A stretch of 64,000 bases of DNA. Source: Acutalibacteraceae bacterium. GTDB lineage: Bacteria > Bacillota > Clostridia > Oscillospirales > Acutalibacteraceae. Of this stretch, positions 42,623-51,364 are shown piece after piece (the stretch's first letter is position 1; every line of letters begins with the position of its first letter). Both the position numbers and the translations under genes were made by a program. The DNA lies in the NCBI GenBank assembly GCA_045531585.1, contig JAZSEH010000018.1, positions 3,031 through 67,030 on the forward strand. The letters run 5' to 3'. The notes under the pieces are model-generated. The model was not told where the DNA came from, ran no database searches, and saw nothing but the letters and a program-made list of their open reading frames with translations.

Positions 42623-42709
42623 TTGAAAATCGCTTCCTTAACAATTTATTAAAAAATCACCAATGAAGTATAACACAACTACATCTAAAAAACAAGGAAT
42701 TTAAAGCAC

Positions 42710-42739
42710 AAAAAACCAACCACCAAGGGTTGGTTTTTT
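42710..42739 (-). terminator. Bidirectional-shape terminator ending the radical SAM-DUF4091 transcription unit
   Basis: Stem aaaaaccaacc / ggttggttttt with a 6-nt loop and flanking A/T runs. Confidence 0.65.
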
Positions 42740-42771
42740 GGTGATTTTAAAGCAATTCCTCAAAGGTTTTT

Positions 42772-42828
42772 TTAGCGCGTTGAGTCAACAAAGGTACCGT
42801 CAAGGTCAAAAACGTAGATATTGCTCAT
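42772..42828 (-). pseudogene. 18-codon remnant resembling a HAD-superfamily hydrolase N-terminus
   Basis: On the minus strand, ATG (42828) encodes MSNIYVFDLDGTFVDSTR-stop. It contains HAD motif I (DxDGT) in its normal N-terminal position. TAATG overlap with the DUF4091 stop, and the terminator follows about 30 nt later. Confidence 0.4.
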
Positions 42829-44507
42829 TAAAGCTTCTCCATTATCATTTCATCAATTCTATCGCGAACCTTTTGCATAAGTGCGGTATTATCTATAACG
42901 TTTTTAAAGGTTATTGTACCGATTAGCTCTTCAATTTCGGCCACTACGGCATCCTTACCGTAGAACTGCTCGCAAAGCTTTAATGCACGGATATCCTCAA
43001 GGCCTTGTCTGAAAGCAATTATTCTCAGAGACTCCCATGCCTCACCCTTTGAACCGGGGTAAACGCTTACGGCATCACCACCGCCTGCCCAATAGCCTGC
43101 GTTGCCGTTAAGGAAGGGGTTAACCTGATTTATGGAGTGCATACTGTTATAGAAGTTGTAACCCCATTGTAAAAAGCCTTCAATACCGTATTTATACATC
43201 TGATAGCCGATGCTTCTGGTTCTGGCTGAATGCATACACATAAAGCGGTTACTGTAGCTTACCCAAGGACTGCAGCAGTAGTATACCCAGCGCTCCTTTA
43301 TGTCCTCCTTAGCAAAGTCCTCAATAACATTACTTACAGGAACGGGGATTTCGGTTATTCCCTGCTTATAGAATTCAACGTGGCTTAATGCATCGATAAT
43401 TTTATAATCCTTTATAATGTCGATAATATTTCCTTTGTTTTTCTTATACTGCTCAAGATGCTCCTCCACAGGCTCATCAGAGATATGGAAATACACGTTT
43501 TCTTTATTAATACCTTTTCCTTCGATATAGGAGACGAACTCCTTAAGGAAGGTGCGTAAGAAGGTTACGTATTCTTCACCCAAGGCGTCGGTTTCCCAAC
43601 CGAAAATTTTCTTATATTCCCCATCAACCGTTGCCATTACCTTAGGTGCGTGCTTTGCGCCCCACTGTGTAAACAGGTGGGAAATTTCGTAATACTTAAC
43701 ACCACAGCGCTTGCAAATTTCAATCCATCTGTCAACAAGAGCAAAATCAAAGGAATACTCGCCGCCGTTTACGGTAACACCCACAAGCTGTGTGGTGGTA
43801 CGCTCGCCCCCAACCGCTGTATCAAGAGGAGGGGTGAAAACAGGCATAAGAATCATATTTATACCATTTTTAACTGCGGTGCGGATGAAGTTTTCGCATA
43901 TTTCAAAGTGGCGGTCGCTCCAAACGTCCTGACAGTAGTAGTCAGCAAGACAATCGGCATAAAACCACTGTGTAACCTTGGTTTCCTGTTCAGGCAGGCA
44001 GGTGTTTATAACCTCTACCTCAACGGTATTTTCGCTAACGGTCTCCCCTGCTTTATTTATAACAGATACTGTAAGGGGATAACTGCCTGCGGCAAGGTTA
44101 TGATCCTCTTTTATCTCAACGTAAATGCTTTGAAGTATCTGCTTAACAATACATATTTCATCTACATATGTAAGAGGCACAACAACATCGGGATAAAGGC
44201 CGGGTGTGGTGCGTACAAGACCGGCATCCTGTTTAAGTGCAGTTTTTGCGGTACAGCACACAGGCACATAATTGGGTACGCTCTCTACAGTGCGAAGAGT
44301 TACGGCAGAGGCAAGCTCTCCCCTGATTTCCACCTTATACTTCTCGTTAAAAATGAAGTAGTCACCTTCATCACCATTATAGGTTAAAAACTGAAAGGCG
44401 CCACCGGTGTTTTTATAAATACGCAGTTTTTTTATTTCCTCAAAATCTGCCGGTGTTTGGTCAACGAAGCATTTTTCCATGGAGGATACTATTTTGGTTT
44501 CAATCAT
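42828..44507 (-). CDS. DUF4091 domain-containing protein (glycoside hydrolase-like)
   Basis: About 559 aa. My recollection of the DUF4091 family pattern (C-terminal WGYNFYNS...; FRQGLEDIRAL) supports the call. No signal peptide. Start set at ATG 44507 with AAGGA 8 nt upstream. Confidence 0.7.
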   Translation of the reverse strand: MIETKIVSSMEKCFVDQTPADFEEIKKLRIYKNTGGAFQFLTYNGDEGDYFIFNEKYKVEIRGELASAVTLRTVESVPNYVPVCCTAKTALKQDAGLVRTTPGLYPDVVVPLTYVDEICIVKQILQSIYVEIKEDHNLAAGSYPLTVSVINKAGETVSENTVEVEVINTCLPEQETKVTQWFYADCLADYYCQDVWSDRHFEICENFIRTAVKNGINMILMPVFTPPLDTAVGGERTTTQLVGVTVNGGEYSFDFALVDRWIEICKRCGVKYYEISHLFTQWGAKHAPKVMATVDGEYKKIFGWETDALGEEYVTFLRTFLKEFVSYIEGKGINKENVYFHISDEPVEEHLEQYKKNKGNIIDIIKDYKIIDALSHVEFYKQGITEIPVPVSNVIEDFAKEDIKERWVYYCCSPWVSYSNRFMCMHSARTRSIGYQMYKYGIEGFLQWGYNFYNSMHSINQVNPFLNGNAGYWAGGGDAVSVYPGSKGEAWESLRIIAFRQGLEDIRALKLCEQFYGKDAVVAEIEELIGTITFKNVIDNTALMQKVRDRIDEMIMEKL

Positions 44508-45384
44508 TTTCATCATCCTTTAGATAATTATTTAAAAAATTAAGCACGCGCTTTTTGTCTGCCGACCAAAGCGGCGCTATAAGATGCTTTTTAGCACCGT
44601 CCCCCGTTATTCTGTGCACTACAACGTTTTGGGGAAGGATTTTTATACATTTTTTAAGTACGCGAGCATATTGCTCCAAGGTAAGGCAGTTGAATTTTCC
44701 TGCCTGATAGTCACGTTCAAGGTCGGTACCCTTGATAACGTATAAAAGATGAAACTTAACGCCGTTTGTTCCTGCAAGAACGGCCTGACGGGTGGTTTCC
44801 TCCATCATTTCGGCATTTTCACCGGGGAGGCCTAAAATTATATGGGTTACAACCTCAAGCCCTGCGGCCTTTAATCTTTTAACGGCATCAAAATACACGC
44901 TTGTTTCGTAACCTCTTCGGATATAGCGCACCGTTTCCTCATGCACGGTTTGAAGGCCAAGTTCAATGCTTACGGGCTTTATTTCATTTATCCGTTTAAG
45001 AAGTTCAATTACCTCATCCGGCAGGCAGTCGGGCCTGGTGCCAATGGCAAGTCCTACTATATAATCGGGCGCTATTGCCTGCAGATATAATTCCTCAAGG
45101 TAGTCTACGAGTGCATAGGTATTTGTAAAGGCCTGAAAATAGGCTATATATTTACCGTTTTTGTTTTTAGCCTCTACCCTTTTCTTGGCTTTTTCAAGCT
45201 GATTAGTAACGCTTTCGCACTGCTTCTCGGCAAATTCACCGCCACCAAGAGACGAGCAGAAAATGCAGCCCTTACTGCCTACGGTTCCGTCACGGTTGGG
45301 GCAGGTAAAGCCGCCGTTCAAGGACAGCTTATACACCTTGAAGCCGAATTTTTCCTTATAATACTGATTCAAAGTTTTATACAT
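44500..45384 (-). CDS. TIGR01212 (YhcC-like) family radical SAM protein
   Basis: The N-terminus MYKTLNQYYKEKFGFKVYKLSLNGGFTCPNRDG...CIFC matches the family's unusual CPNRDG...C.FC cluster region. Start set at ATG 45384 because a consensus promoter lies inside the longer ORF-track version. Confidence 0.85.
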   Translation of the reverse strand: MYKTLNQYYKEKFGFKVYKLSLNGGFTCPNRDGTVGSKGCIFCSSLGGGEFAEKQCESVTNQLEKAKKRVEAKNKNGKYIAYFQAFTNTYALVDYLEELYLQAIAPDYIVGLAIGTRPDCLPDEVIELLKRINEIKPVSIELGLQTVHEETVRYIRRGYETSVYFDAVKRLKAAGLEVVTHIILGLPGENAEMMEETTRQAVLAGTNGVKFHLLYVIKGTDLERDYQAGKFNCLTLEQYARVLKKCIKILPQNVVVHRITGDGAKKHLIAPLWSADKKRVLNFLNNYLKDDEND

Positions 45385-45390
45385 ACCCTC

Positions 45391-45419
45391 ATTATATCTA
45401 CACAAGGTTTTAATGTCAA
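45391..45419 (-). promoter_or_regulatory. Consensus sigma-A promoter abutting the radical SAM start codon
   Basis: On the minus strand: TTGACA (45419-45414), 17 nt spacer, TATAAT (45396-45391), then 6 nt (gagggt) and ATG 45384. Confidence 0.65.
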
Positions 45420-45481
45420 TTATCAAATGTTGTTTTTTGGTTTAAAATTTGTTACAATATGGTAAAAAGGAAGTGAATGTA

Positions 45482-45952
45482 ATGCGAAACACTACGCTGT
45501 GCTATATACAAAACGGAAAGGGTCAGACCCTGCTTTTACACCGTGTAAAAAAGGAGAATGACCTTAACAAGGATAAATGGATAGGAGTTGGCGGAAAGTT
45601 TGAGGATAAGGAAAGCCCTGAGGACTGTCTTTTAAGGGAAGTTAAGGAGGAAACAGGACTTACCCTTACAAGCTATAAATACCGTGGAATAGTTACATTT
45701 ATATCTGATAAATGGGAAACCGAATATATGCACCTGTTTACAGCGGACGGTTTTACAGGGGACCTTATTCCCTGTGAGGAGGGCACCCTTGAATGGGTGG
45801 ATAACGATAAGGTTGAAGGTCTTCCCACCTGGGAGGGAGACCGCATATTTTTAAGGCTCATAAAAGAAAATGTTCCCTTTTTCTCGCTAAAGCTTGAGTA
45901 TGAGGGTGAGAGGCTTGTGAATGCCGCGCTGGACGGTAAAAAAATAAAATGA
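45482..45952 (+). CDS. NUDIX hydrolase (MutT/8-oxo-dGTP diphosphatase-like)
   Basis: Nudix box GVGGKFEDKESPEDCLLREVKEETGL. Start set at ATG 45482 with AAGGAAG upstream. Confidence 0.87.
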   Translation: MRNTTLCYIQNGKGQTLLLHRVKKENDLNKDKWIGVGGKFEDKESPEDCLLREVKEETGLTLTSYKYRGIVTFISDKWETEYMHLFTADGFTGDLIPCEEGTLEWVDNDKVEGLPTWEGDRIFLRLIKENVPFFSLKLEYEGERLVNAALDGKKIK

Positions 45953-45960
45953 TTTCATTT

Positions 45961-46001
45961 AAAAGAACAAGCAGAACGGGTTTCGTTCTGCTTGTTCTTT
46001 T
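45961..46001. terminator. Bidirectional terminator between NUDIX and the xyl locus
   Basis: 18-bp perfect stem aaaagaacaagcagaacg / cgttctgcttgttctttt with a 5-nt loop. Confidence 0.8.
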
Positions 46002-46112
46002 ATTCATATTTATTTTGTCACTAATTTTTACTGAGCTAATTGCTTAAAGCATCAGGTCGATAACCGCCAACAAGAAAATAATACGCTTTTATTCCGTTAA
46101 CACAATATTTCT

Positions 46113-46260
46113 CTATTTAAACAGAATTTCATTAACAATGCTTTGAAGATATTCCTGTCTGCCGCTGGAGGGCATTTGAGGTGCGCCCATTTCTTCCGCC
46201 TGCTTTGCAAGCTCCTCAAGGGTGGTGCTTCCCTCAAGAATTTTCCTTCCGATTTCCCCC
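46113..46260 (-). pseudogene. Duplicated 3' fragment of xylA (last ~48 codons)
   Basis: Encodes ...[48 protein letters not shown], nearly identical to the XylA C-terminus. The 108-nt core 46149-46256 is identical to 47673-47780. Confidence 0.88.
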
Positions 46261-46294
46261 GATAGCGGACAAAAGGGGGCCGTTCCCGAAAGCA

Positions 46295-47560
46295 TCACTT
46301 CTCGCTGTCAGGTTCTCTGATAAAGTGAAAACTGTCAATGCAAAGCTCGGTTCCCTTTTCCGGTCTTAATACGAGGACTACATCGGATGTATCATCAAGT
46401 TTAGTGTCAAAGCGGAAAAAATCATTGCGGCGACAGTACCATTCATAGGAATCTGTCGGATGTTCTGCCTTAATCATACCGAGGAGAGGTCCGTTTTCTC
46501 CACCGGTTCTCACCTCGATAACGGCTTTGCCTCCGACACAGTAGTAATCAAGAGAAAAGCCGGTTTTATCTGAAAGATTATGGAGCTTCGGATATGTCAG
46601 CACAGCTTTTTCAGTGCACGCAACCAGAAAGCCAAAGAGGCACCTGTTTTCTTTTTTTCTGACATTTACCCCTTTCATATACCACTCGGCTTCGATTCGG
46701 TTCCAATCAGAATCATATTGACCGACACCGTATTCTACAATAAGAGGGTCGGTAACCAATTCGCCGTTTTCCTTGATATGAACGTAGCAAAGACCGCTTG
46801 ACCGATAGTATTCTTGCTCCTTTACGGTAATTGCCTGAAAAATTTGACCGTTCCACTCGCAGAAACTGCTGTGATCAATGGTTGACGCAGTATGTCCGAT
46901 AAAATGATACGGGCCGTAAACACTGTCTGAAACCGCGTAAAATCCGCCGTAGCTGAGATAATACTTTCCGCCGAATTTATTGAGCGAAGCTTTGTCGTCT
47001 CCACAGTGATCAAGTGTGATTTTTCTCGGCGTTTCGGCAAAAGAAATCATATCTTCATTGAGCCGTGCGATATAATATCCGCATCCCTCTCCGTAGCACC
47101 ATTCAGGACCACCAAACACAAGATAATACTCTCCGTCGTCATCCTCAAATACAGCCGGGTCATATTCTGTTGTTTTTGTTAAAGTGCCGTCAAGCATAGG
47201 TTTTCCAAGCGCATCTTTAAAAGGACCGCCGGGATTATCGGCGACAGCCACACCGATTCTGTTATTCCCATCGGAAAAATAAAAGTAATATCTGCCGTTT
47301 CTCTTCGCAGCATCAACCGCCCAACATCTGTCAGACGGACCCATAAAGAATTCTTCGGGATGAACGACCGATTCGAGAGTCCATTCAACCGCATCGGAAG
47401 AAGACCATATCTGCCAGTCGTGCATACAGAAATTCCTTGTATACACAATCGCGTCATGAGAGGCATACAGATACATTTTTCCGTCAAAAATATGTATGTG
47501 TGGGTCACATACACCCCTGCCCGGAATGACAGGATTTTTAGCCGAGATTATCCTTTCCAT
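46295..47560 (-). CDS. Glycoside hydrolase family 43 protein with C-terminal CBM6-like domain, no signal peptide
   Basis: NPVIPGRGVCDPHIHIFDGKMYLYASHD and YDPAVFEDDDGEYYLVFGG are GH43 five-bladed propeller motifs. The C-terminal RIEAEWY is CBM6-like. Start set at ATG 47560 (MERIIS) with GGAG 7 nt upstream; the ORF-track GTG at 47578 has no RBS. Confidence 0.8.
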   Translation of the reverse strand: MERIISAKNPVIPGRGVCDPHIHIFDGKMYLYASHDAIVYTRNFCMHDWQIWSSSDAVEWTLESVVHPEEFFMGPSDRCWAVDAAKRNGRYYFYFSDGNNRIGVAVADNPGGPFKDALGKPMLDGTLTKTTEYDPAVFEDDDGEYYLVFGGPEWCYGEGCGYYIARLNEDMISFAETPRKITLDHCGDDKASLNKFGGKYYLSYGGFYAVSDSVYGPYHFIGHTASTIDHSSFCEWNGQIFQAITVKEQEYYRSSGLCYVHIKENGELVTDPLIVEYGVGQYDSDWNRIEAEWYMKGVNVRKKENRCLFGFLVACTEKAVLTYPKLHNLSDKTGFSLDYYCVGGKAVIEVRTGGENGPLLGMIKAEHPTDSYEWYCRRNDFFRFDTKLDDTSDVVLVLRPEKGTELCIDSFHFIREPDSEK

Positions 47561-47636
47561 TTGCTTACTCCAATCCACGTTATTTTTTAATAAATTATAA
47601 TAATCAATCAGGATTTATCAACAACAATAGTTCTGT

Positions 47637-47784
47637 TTATTTAAACAAAATTTCGTTAATGACGCTTTGCAGATATTCCTGTCTGCCGCTGGAGGGCATT
47701 TGAGGTGCGCCCATTTCTTCCGCCTGCTTTGCAAGCTCCTCAAGGGTGGTGCTTCCCTCAAGAATTTTCCTTCCGATTTCTCCC
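47637..47784 (-). repeat. Direct repeat copy B (3' end of the intact xylA), partner of 46113..46260
   Basis: See the pseudogene entry. There are 7 substitutions in the stop-proximal ~36 nt, then 108 identical nt. Homology ends at the Gly codon of GEIGRK. Confidence 0.88.
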
Positions 47785-48953
47785 TCGAATGAGGAATACT
47801 TTTCTTTTACAAAAGCATCTATTCTGCCATCCTCAATAATTTCGGCGGCCTTTATAAGACCAAGAGCAAAGGTATCCATACCAAGAATAAAGGCGTGGAA
47901 CATATCCTCTACCGTATAGCTTGGTCTGCGTGTTTTGGAATCGAAGTTAAAGCCGCCTGTAAGGCCGCCTGCCTTCAGCACCTCGTACATACACATGGTT
48001 GCATCATACACATTTGCAGGGAATTCATCGGTATCCCAGCCAAGCAGCAGGTCACCCTGGTTTGCATCAATGGAGCCGAGCATTCCGTTTATTGCCGATA
48101 CGCGCAGCTCGTGCTGGAAGGTATGTCCTGCAAGGGTTGCATGGTTTGCCTCTATGTTCATTTTAAAGTCCTTATCAAGGCCATAGTATCTAAGGAAGCC
48201 TATTGCCGTTGCGGCATCAAAATCATACTGATGTTTCATCGGCTCCTTTGGTTTAGGCTCTATGTAAAAATCACCCTCAAAACCTATTGAACGGCCATAT
48301 TCCACCGCCATTTTCATAAGGCGTGCAATATTTTCCTGTTCAAGCTTCATATCGGTGTTGAGCAGGGTTTCATAGCCCTCTCTTCCGCCCCAGAAAACAT
48401 AACCCTTACCGCCAAGCTTAACGGTTAAATCCAGTGCTTTTTTTACCTGTGCTGCCGCAAAGCAGAAAACCTCTGCAGAATTGGTACTGCCTGCACCGTT
48501 CATAAAACGGGGATTAGAGAACATATTGGCGGTTCCCCAAAGGCATTTTATGCCTGTTGCTTTCATTTTACTCAGGATATAGTCGGTTATCTCGTCAAGG
48601 CGACGGTTGGTTTCCTTTATATCATCTGCTTCAGGAACCAAGTCAACGTCGTGGAAGCAAAAATATTTTATGCCAAGCTTGCTCATAAACTCAAAGCCTG
48701 CATCCACCTTTGCCTTTGCGTGCTCCATAGTCCCCTTCTGAGCACCGAAGGATTTATCGGCGGTATCTCTGCCGAACATATCGGTGCCCGCGGCGCAAAG
48801 ATTATGCCACCAAGCCATTGCAAAGGGCAGATGCTCTTCCATTCTCTTGCCCAATATAACGCGGTCAGCATCATAGAATTTAAAGGCTAAAGGATTTTTA
48901 CTATCCTTTCCTTCGTATTTAATTGTTGGTATTCCTTTAAATATCTCACTCAT
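47637..48953 (-). CDS. xylA: Xylose isomerase
   Basis: 438 aa. FCFHD, WGGREG and the metal-ligand regions ([29 protein letters not shown]) are present. Confidence 0.96.
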   Translation of the reverse strand: MSEIFKGIPTIKYEGKDSKNPLAFKFYDADRVILGKRMEEHLPFAMAWWHNLCAAGTDMFGRDTADKSFGAQKGTMEHAKAKVDAGFEFMSKLGIKYFCFHDVDLVPEADDIKETNRRLDEITDYILSKMKATGIKCLWGTANMFSNPRFMNGAGSTNSAEVFCFAAAQVKKALDLTVKLGGKGYVFWGGREGYETLLNTDMKLEQENIARLMKMAVEYGRSIGFEGDFYIEPKPKEPMKHQYDFDAATAIGFLRYYGLDKDFKMNIEANHATLAGHTFQHELRVSAINGMLGSIDANQGDLLLGWDTDEFPANVYDATMCMYEVLKAGGLTGGFNFDSKTRRPSYTVEDMFHAFILGMDTFALGLIKAAEIIEDGRIDAFVKEKYSSFEGEIGRKILEGSTTLEELAKQAEEMGAPQMPSSGRQEYLQSVINEILFK

Positions 48954-48963
48954 TTTGATTACC

Positions 48964-50442
48964 TCATTTCAGTTTTTTATAAAGCTGCTTTACGCTTGGA
49001 TATATCTCTTTAAACCTTGCATATTTTTCCTCATAGCGTTTGGCAAGGTCAGGGTTGGGGGTTAAGGTGCTTTTAATTTTAACAAACTCTTTTGCACATT
49101 CCTCCACAGAGGCATACTCACCTGCACCAACCATAGCGAGCATTGCACCACCGTATCCCGGACCCTGCTCGGTTAGGGGAATGGAAATTTCCATATTCAA
49201 AGCATTACATAGAATTTTTTGCCACAACGGTGATTTTGCACCGCCGCCGCACAGACTACTGCTTTTTATATTTATCCCTTGCTCTTTAGCAATTTCCACG
49301 TTATCCTTTATGGCAAAGGCAACGCCCTCCAAAACGGACTGAACCATATCGGCACGGGTTGTATCCATTGAAAGTCCCACAAACATACCTCTTGCATCGG
49401 TATCGTTAATGGGGCTACGCTCGCCCATAAGGTAAGGTAAAAAATAAACACTGTTGTTGCCTAAACTTTGGTCAGTAATATTCATTTGCTCGCCTGCATA
49501 ATCATTGGTTTGCAAAATTTGCTCACAAAACCATTTGTTACAGGATGCCGCCGAGAGAATACATGCCATAAGGTGGAATTTGCCGTTTGAATGGCAGAAG
49601 GAATGCAGTGCATTCTTGCTATCCACCGCAAAGGTATCAGAGGAAATAAACACAGTACCTGATGTTCCAAGAGAGATATTACATTTCCCGTCATAAACCG
49701 TTCCCGTACCTATTGCCGCAGCGGCATTATCTCCTGCGCCCGCAACAACCTTTATGTCTGCGTTAAGGCCCAGCTCGTCTGCTATATCAGAGCTAATGGT
49801 GCCAACTGTTTGATAGCTTTCATAAAGCGTTGGAAGGGTTTCCTCATTTATACCGCAAATATCAAGCATCTGCTTTGACCAACACTTATTTTTAACATCA
49901 AGTAAAAGCATTCCGGAAGCATCAGAATAATCGGTACAATGCACCCCTGTAAGCCTATAATTTATGAAATCCTTAGGAAGCATAATTTTTCTTATGCTTT
50001 TAAAATTTTCAGGCTCATTTTCCTTTAGCCACAGTATTTTAGGGGCGGTAAATCCTGCAAAGGCAATATTAGCAGTAAGCTTTGATAATTTCTCTTTACC
50101 TATAACCTCATTCAGATACTGTGTTTGCTTATCGGTGCGTCCGTCATTCCATAAAATAGCAGGACGAATAACCCTGTCTGCCTTATCAAGAACAACAAGG
50201 CCGTGCATTTGACCCCCAAGGCCAATGCCTGCTATCTTTGCAGTATCAATATCCTCAATAAGTGCCTTCACGCCCCACTTAAAGGCGTTCCACCAATCCT
50301 CAGGATTTTGCTCACTCCAACCGGTATGAGGATAATACACGGGATACTCTTTTGTTACCTCTTTAATAATTTCTCCTGTGTTATTCACAAGCAATAACTT
50401 TAGGGCTGATGTTCCCAAATCCGCTCCAATAAAATATTTCAC
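48964..50442 (-). CDS. xylB: Xylulokinase
   Basis: FGGY family. [14 protein letters not shown]-terminus and GGGAKSPLW at the C-terminal end. GTG start preceded by a G-rich RBS. Confidence 0.93.
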   Translation of the reverse strand: MKYFIGADLGTSALKLLLVNNTGEIIKEVTKEYPVYYPHTGWSEQNPEDWWNAFKWGVKALIEDIDTAKIAGIGLGGQMHGLVVLDKADRVIRPAILWNDGRTDKQTQYLNEVIGKEKLSKLTANIAFAGFTAPKILWLKENEPENFKSIRKIMLPKDFINYRLTGVHCTDYSDASGMLLLDVKNKCWSKQMLDICGINEETLPTLYESYQTVGTISSDIADELGLNADIKVVAGAGDNAAAAIGTGTVYDGKCNISLGTSGTVFISSDTFAVDSKNALHSFCHSNGKFHLMACILSAASCNKWFCEQILQTNDYAGEQMNITDQSLGNNSVYFLPYLMGERSPINDTDARGMFVGLSMDTTRADMVQSVLEGVAFAIKDNVEIAKEQGINIKSSSLCGGGAKSPLWQKILCNALNMEISIPLTEQGPGYGGAMLAMVGAGEYASVEECAKEFVKIKSTLTPNPDLAKRYEEKYARFKEIYPSVKQLYKKLK

Positions 50443-50483
50443 GGCATTCCCCCCCTTTTTTATTTCAGTTTAAAACATATAAT

Positions 50484-50512
50484 TTGACTTTTCTCGCAAT
50501 ATTGTATATAAT
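50484..50512 (+). promoter_or_regulatory. Candidate sigma-A promoter of the AraC-family regulator
   Basis: TTGACT (50484-50489), 17 nt spacer, TATAAT (50507-50512). Confidence 0.6.
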
Positions 50513-50546
50513 ATATAGACAAAATTTGCCTTTTTAGGAGAATTAT

Positions 50547-51314
50547 ATGTTTTACCAATTTAACCATTTAGGCTCACCCGATTATTTAAAGGTGGAAAGC
50601 GGAAAAAACTTTAGCTTTCCTCCCCACCTTCACCAGTCCTTTGAGATTATAATAATAATTTCAGGAAGCATGCAGGTAACTATAGACGGTAAGGAAAATG
50701 TTTTAAAAAAGGGCCAAGCCGTAATGATTTTTCCTAATCAAATTCACGAACTAAGCTCTACACAGAGCGAACATATTTTATGTATTTTCTCCCCCAAGCT
50801 TGTTCAGGCCTATGCCACAAAGATAGCGAAAAAAACACCGGAAAAAAGCACATTTTTTCCTGATGAGTATTTCATCGGGGCGCTAAAAAAGCTTGATTTG
50901 ACTTCCTCCACCGTGGAAAAGAAGGGGCTTTTGTATTCCCTTTGCGCCCAATTTGATACCTCTACGCAATATATGGCAAGAAAATCCGACAATGAAAATC
51001 TGCTTTATAAAATTTTTTCTTACGTTGAAAATAATTTTAGCGGAGAATGCCACCTTTCCAATTTGTCTGATGAAATCGGTTATGATTATTCCTATCTGTC
51101 CCGATATTTCAAAAGGGTAATCGGTATTTCCTTTAATTCCTATGTAACCCACTACCGCATAAGCCACGCCTGTTACCTTATGGAAAACACGCAGTTACCC
51201 ATTATCCATTGTGCAAGTGAAAGCGGCTTTGCTTCCCTTCGCAGCTTTAACCGCTGTTTTAAGGAGAACCTTAAAATTACTCCATCACAGTATAGGAAAA
51301 ACATTTCAATATAA
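50547..51314 (+). CDS. AraC family transcriptional regulator (cupin sensor + HTH_18)
   Basis: N-terminal cupin-like region (HLHQSFEIIIIISGSMQVTIDG) and a C-terminal AraC double HTH (SYLSRYFKRVIGISFNSY...ASLRSFNRCFKE). Divergent from xylB. Confidence 0.87.
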   Translation: MFYQFNHLGSPDYLKVESGKNFSFPPHLHQSFEIIIIISGSMQVTIDGKENVLKKGQAVMIFPNQIHELSSTQSEHILCIFSPKLVQAYATKIAKKTPEKSTFFPDEYFIGALKKLDLTSSTVEKKGLLYSLCAQFDTSTQYMARKSDNENLLYKIFSYVENNFSGECHLSNLSDEIGYDYSYLSRYFKRVIGISFNSYVTHYRISHACYLMENTQLPIIHCASESGFASLRSFNRCFKENLKITPSQYRKNISI

Positions 51315-51349
51315 AAAACAGCAGAAACATTATGTTTCTGCTGTTTTTT
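51313..51349. terminator. Bidirectional terminator between araC-like and copA
   Basis: Perfect long stem aaaaaacagcagaaacat / atgtttctgctgtttttt. Confidence 0.8.
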
Positions 51350-51364
51350 CAGTATTTAAAATTT

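Noticed and set aside
46113-46298. The 61-aa ORF could be an independent small gene.
   Set aside because: Its conserved part is simply the duplicated XylA C-terminus. The N-terminal 13 residues are unique junction sequence with a GTG start. I treat it as a pseudogene fragment, though it may be transcribed as a 3' UTR.
46994-47035. GH43 seemed to have its general-acid Glu replaced by Asp (GDDKASLNKFGGKYYL where EGP...GxYYL is expected).
   Set aside because: An AETP motif (E182 in ORF-track numbering) lies 12 residues further upstream and could be the EGP-equivalent, with a loop insertion after it. The substitution cannot be claimed without a proper family alignment or a structure model.
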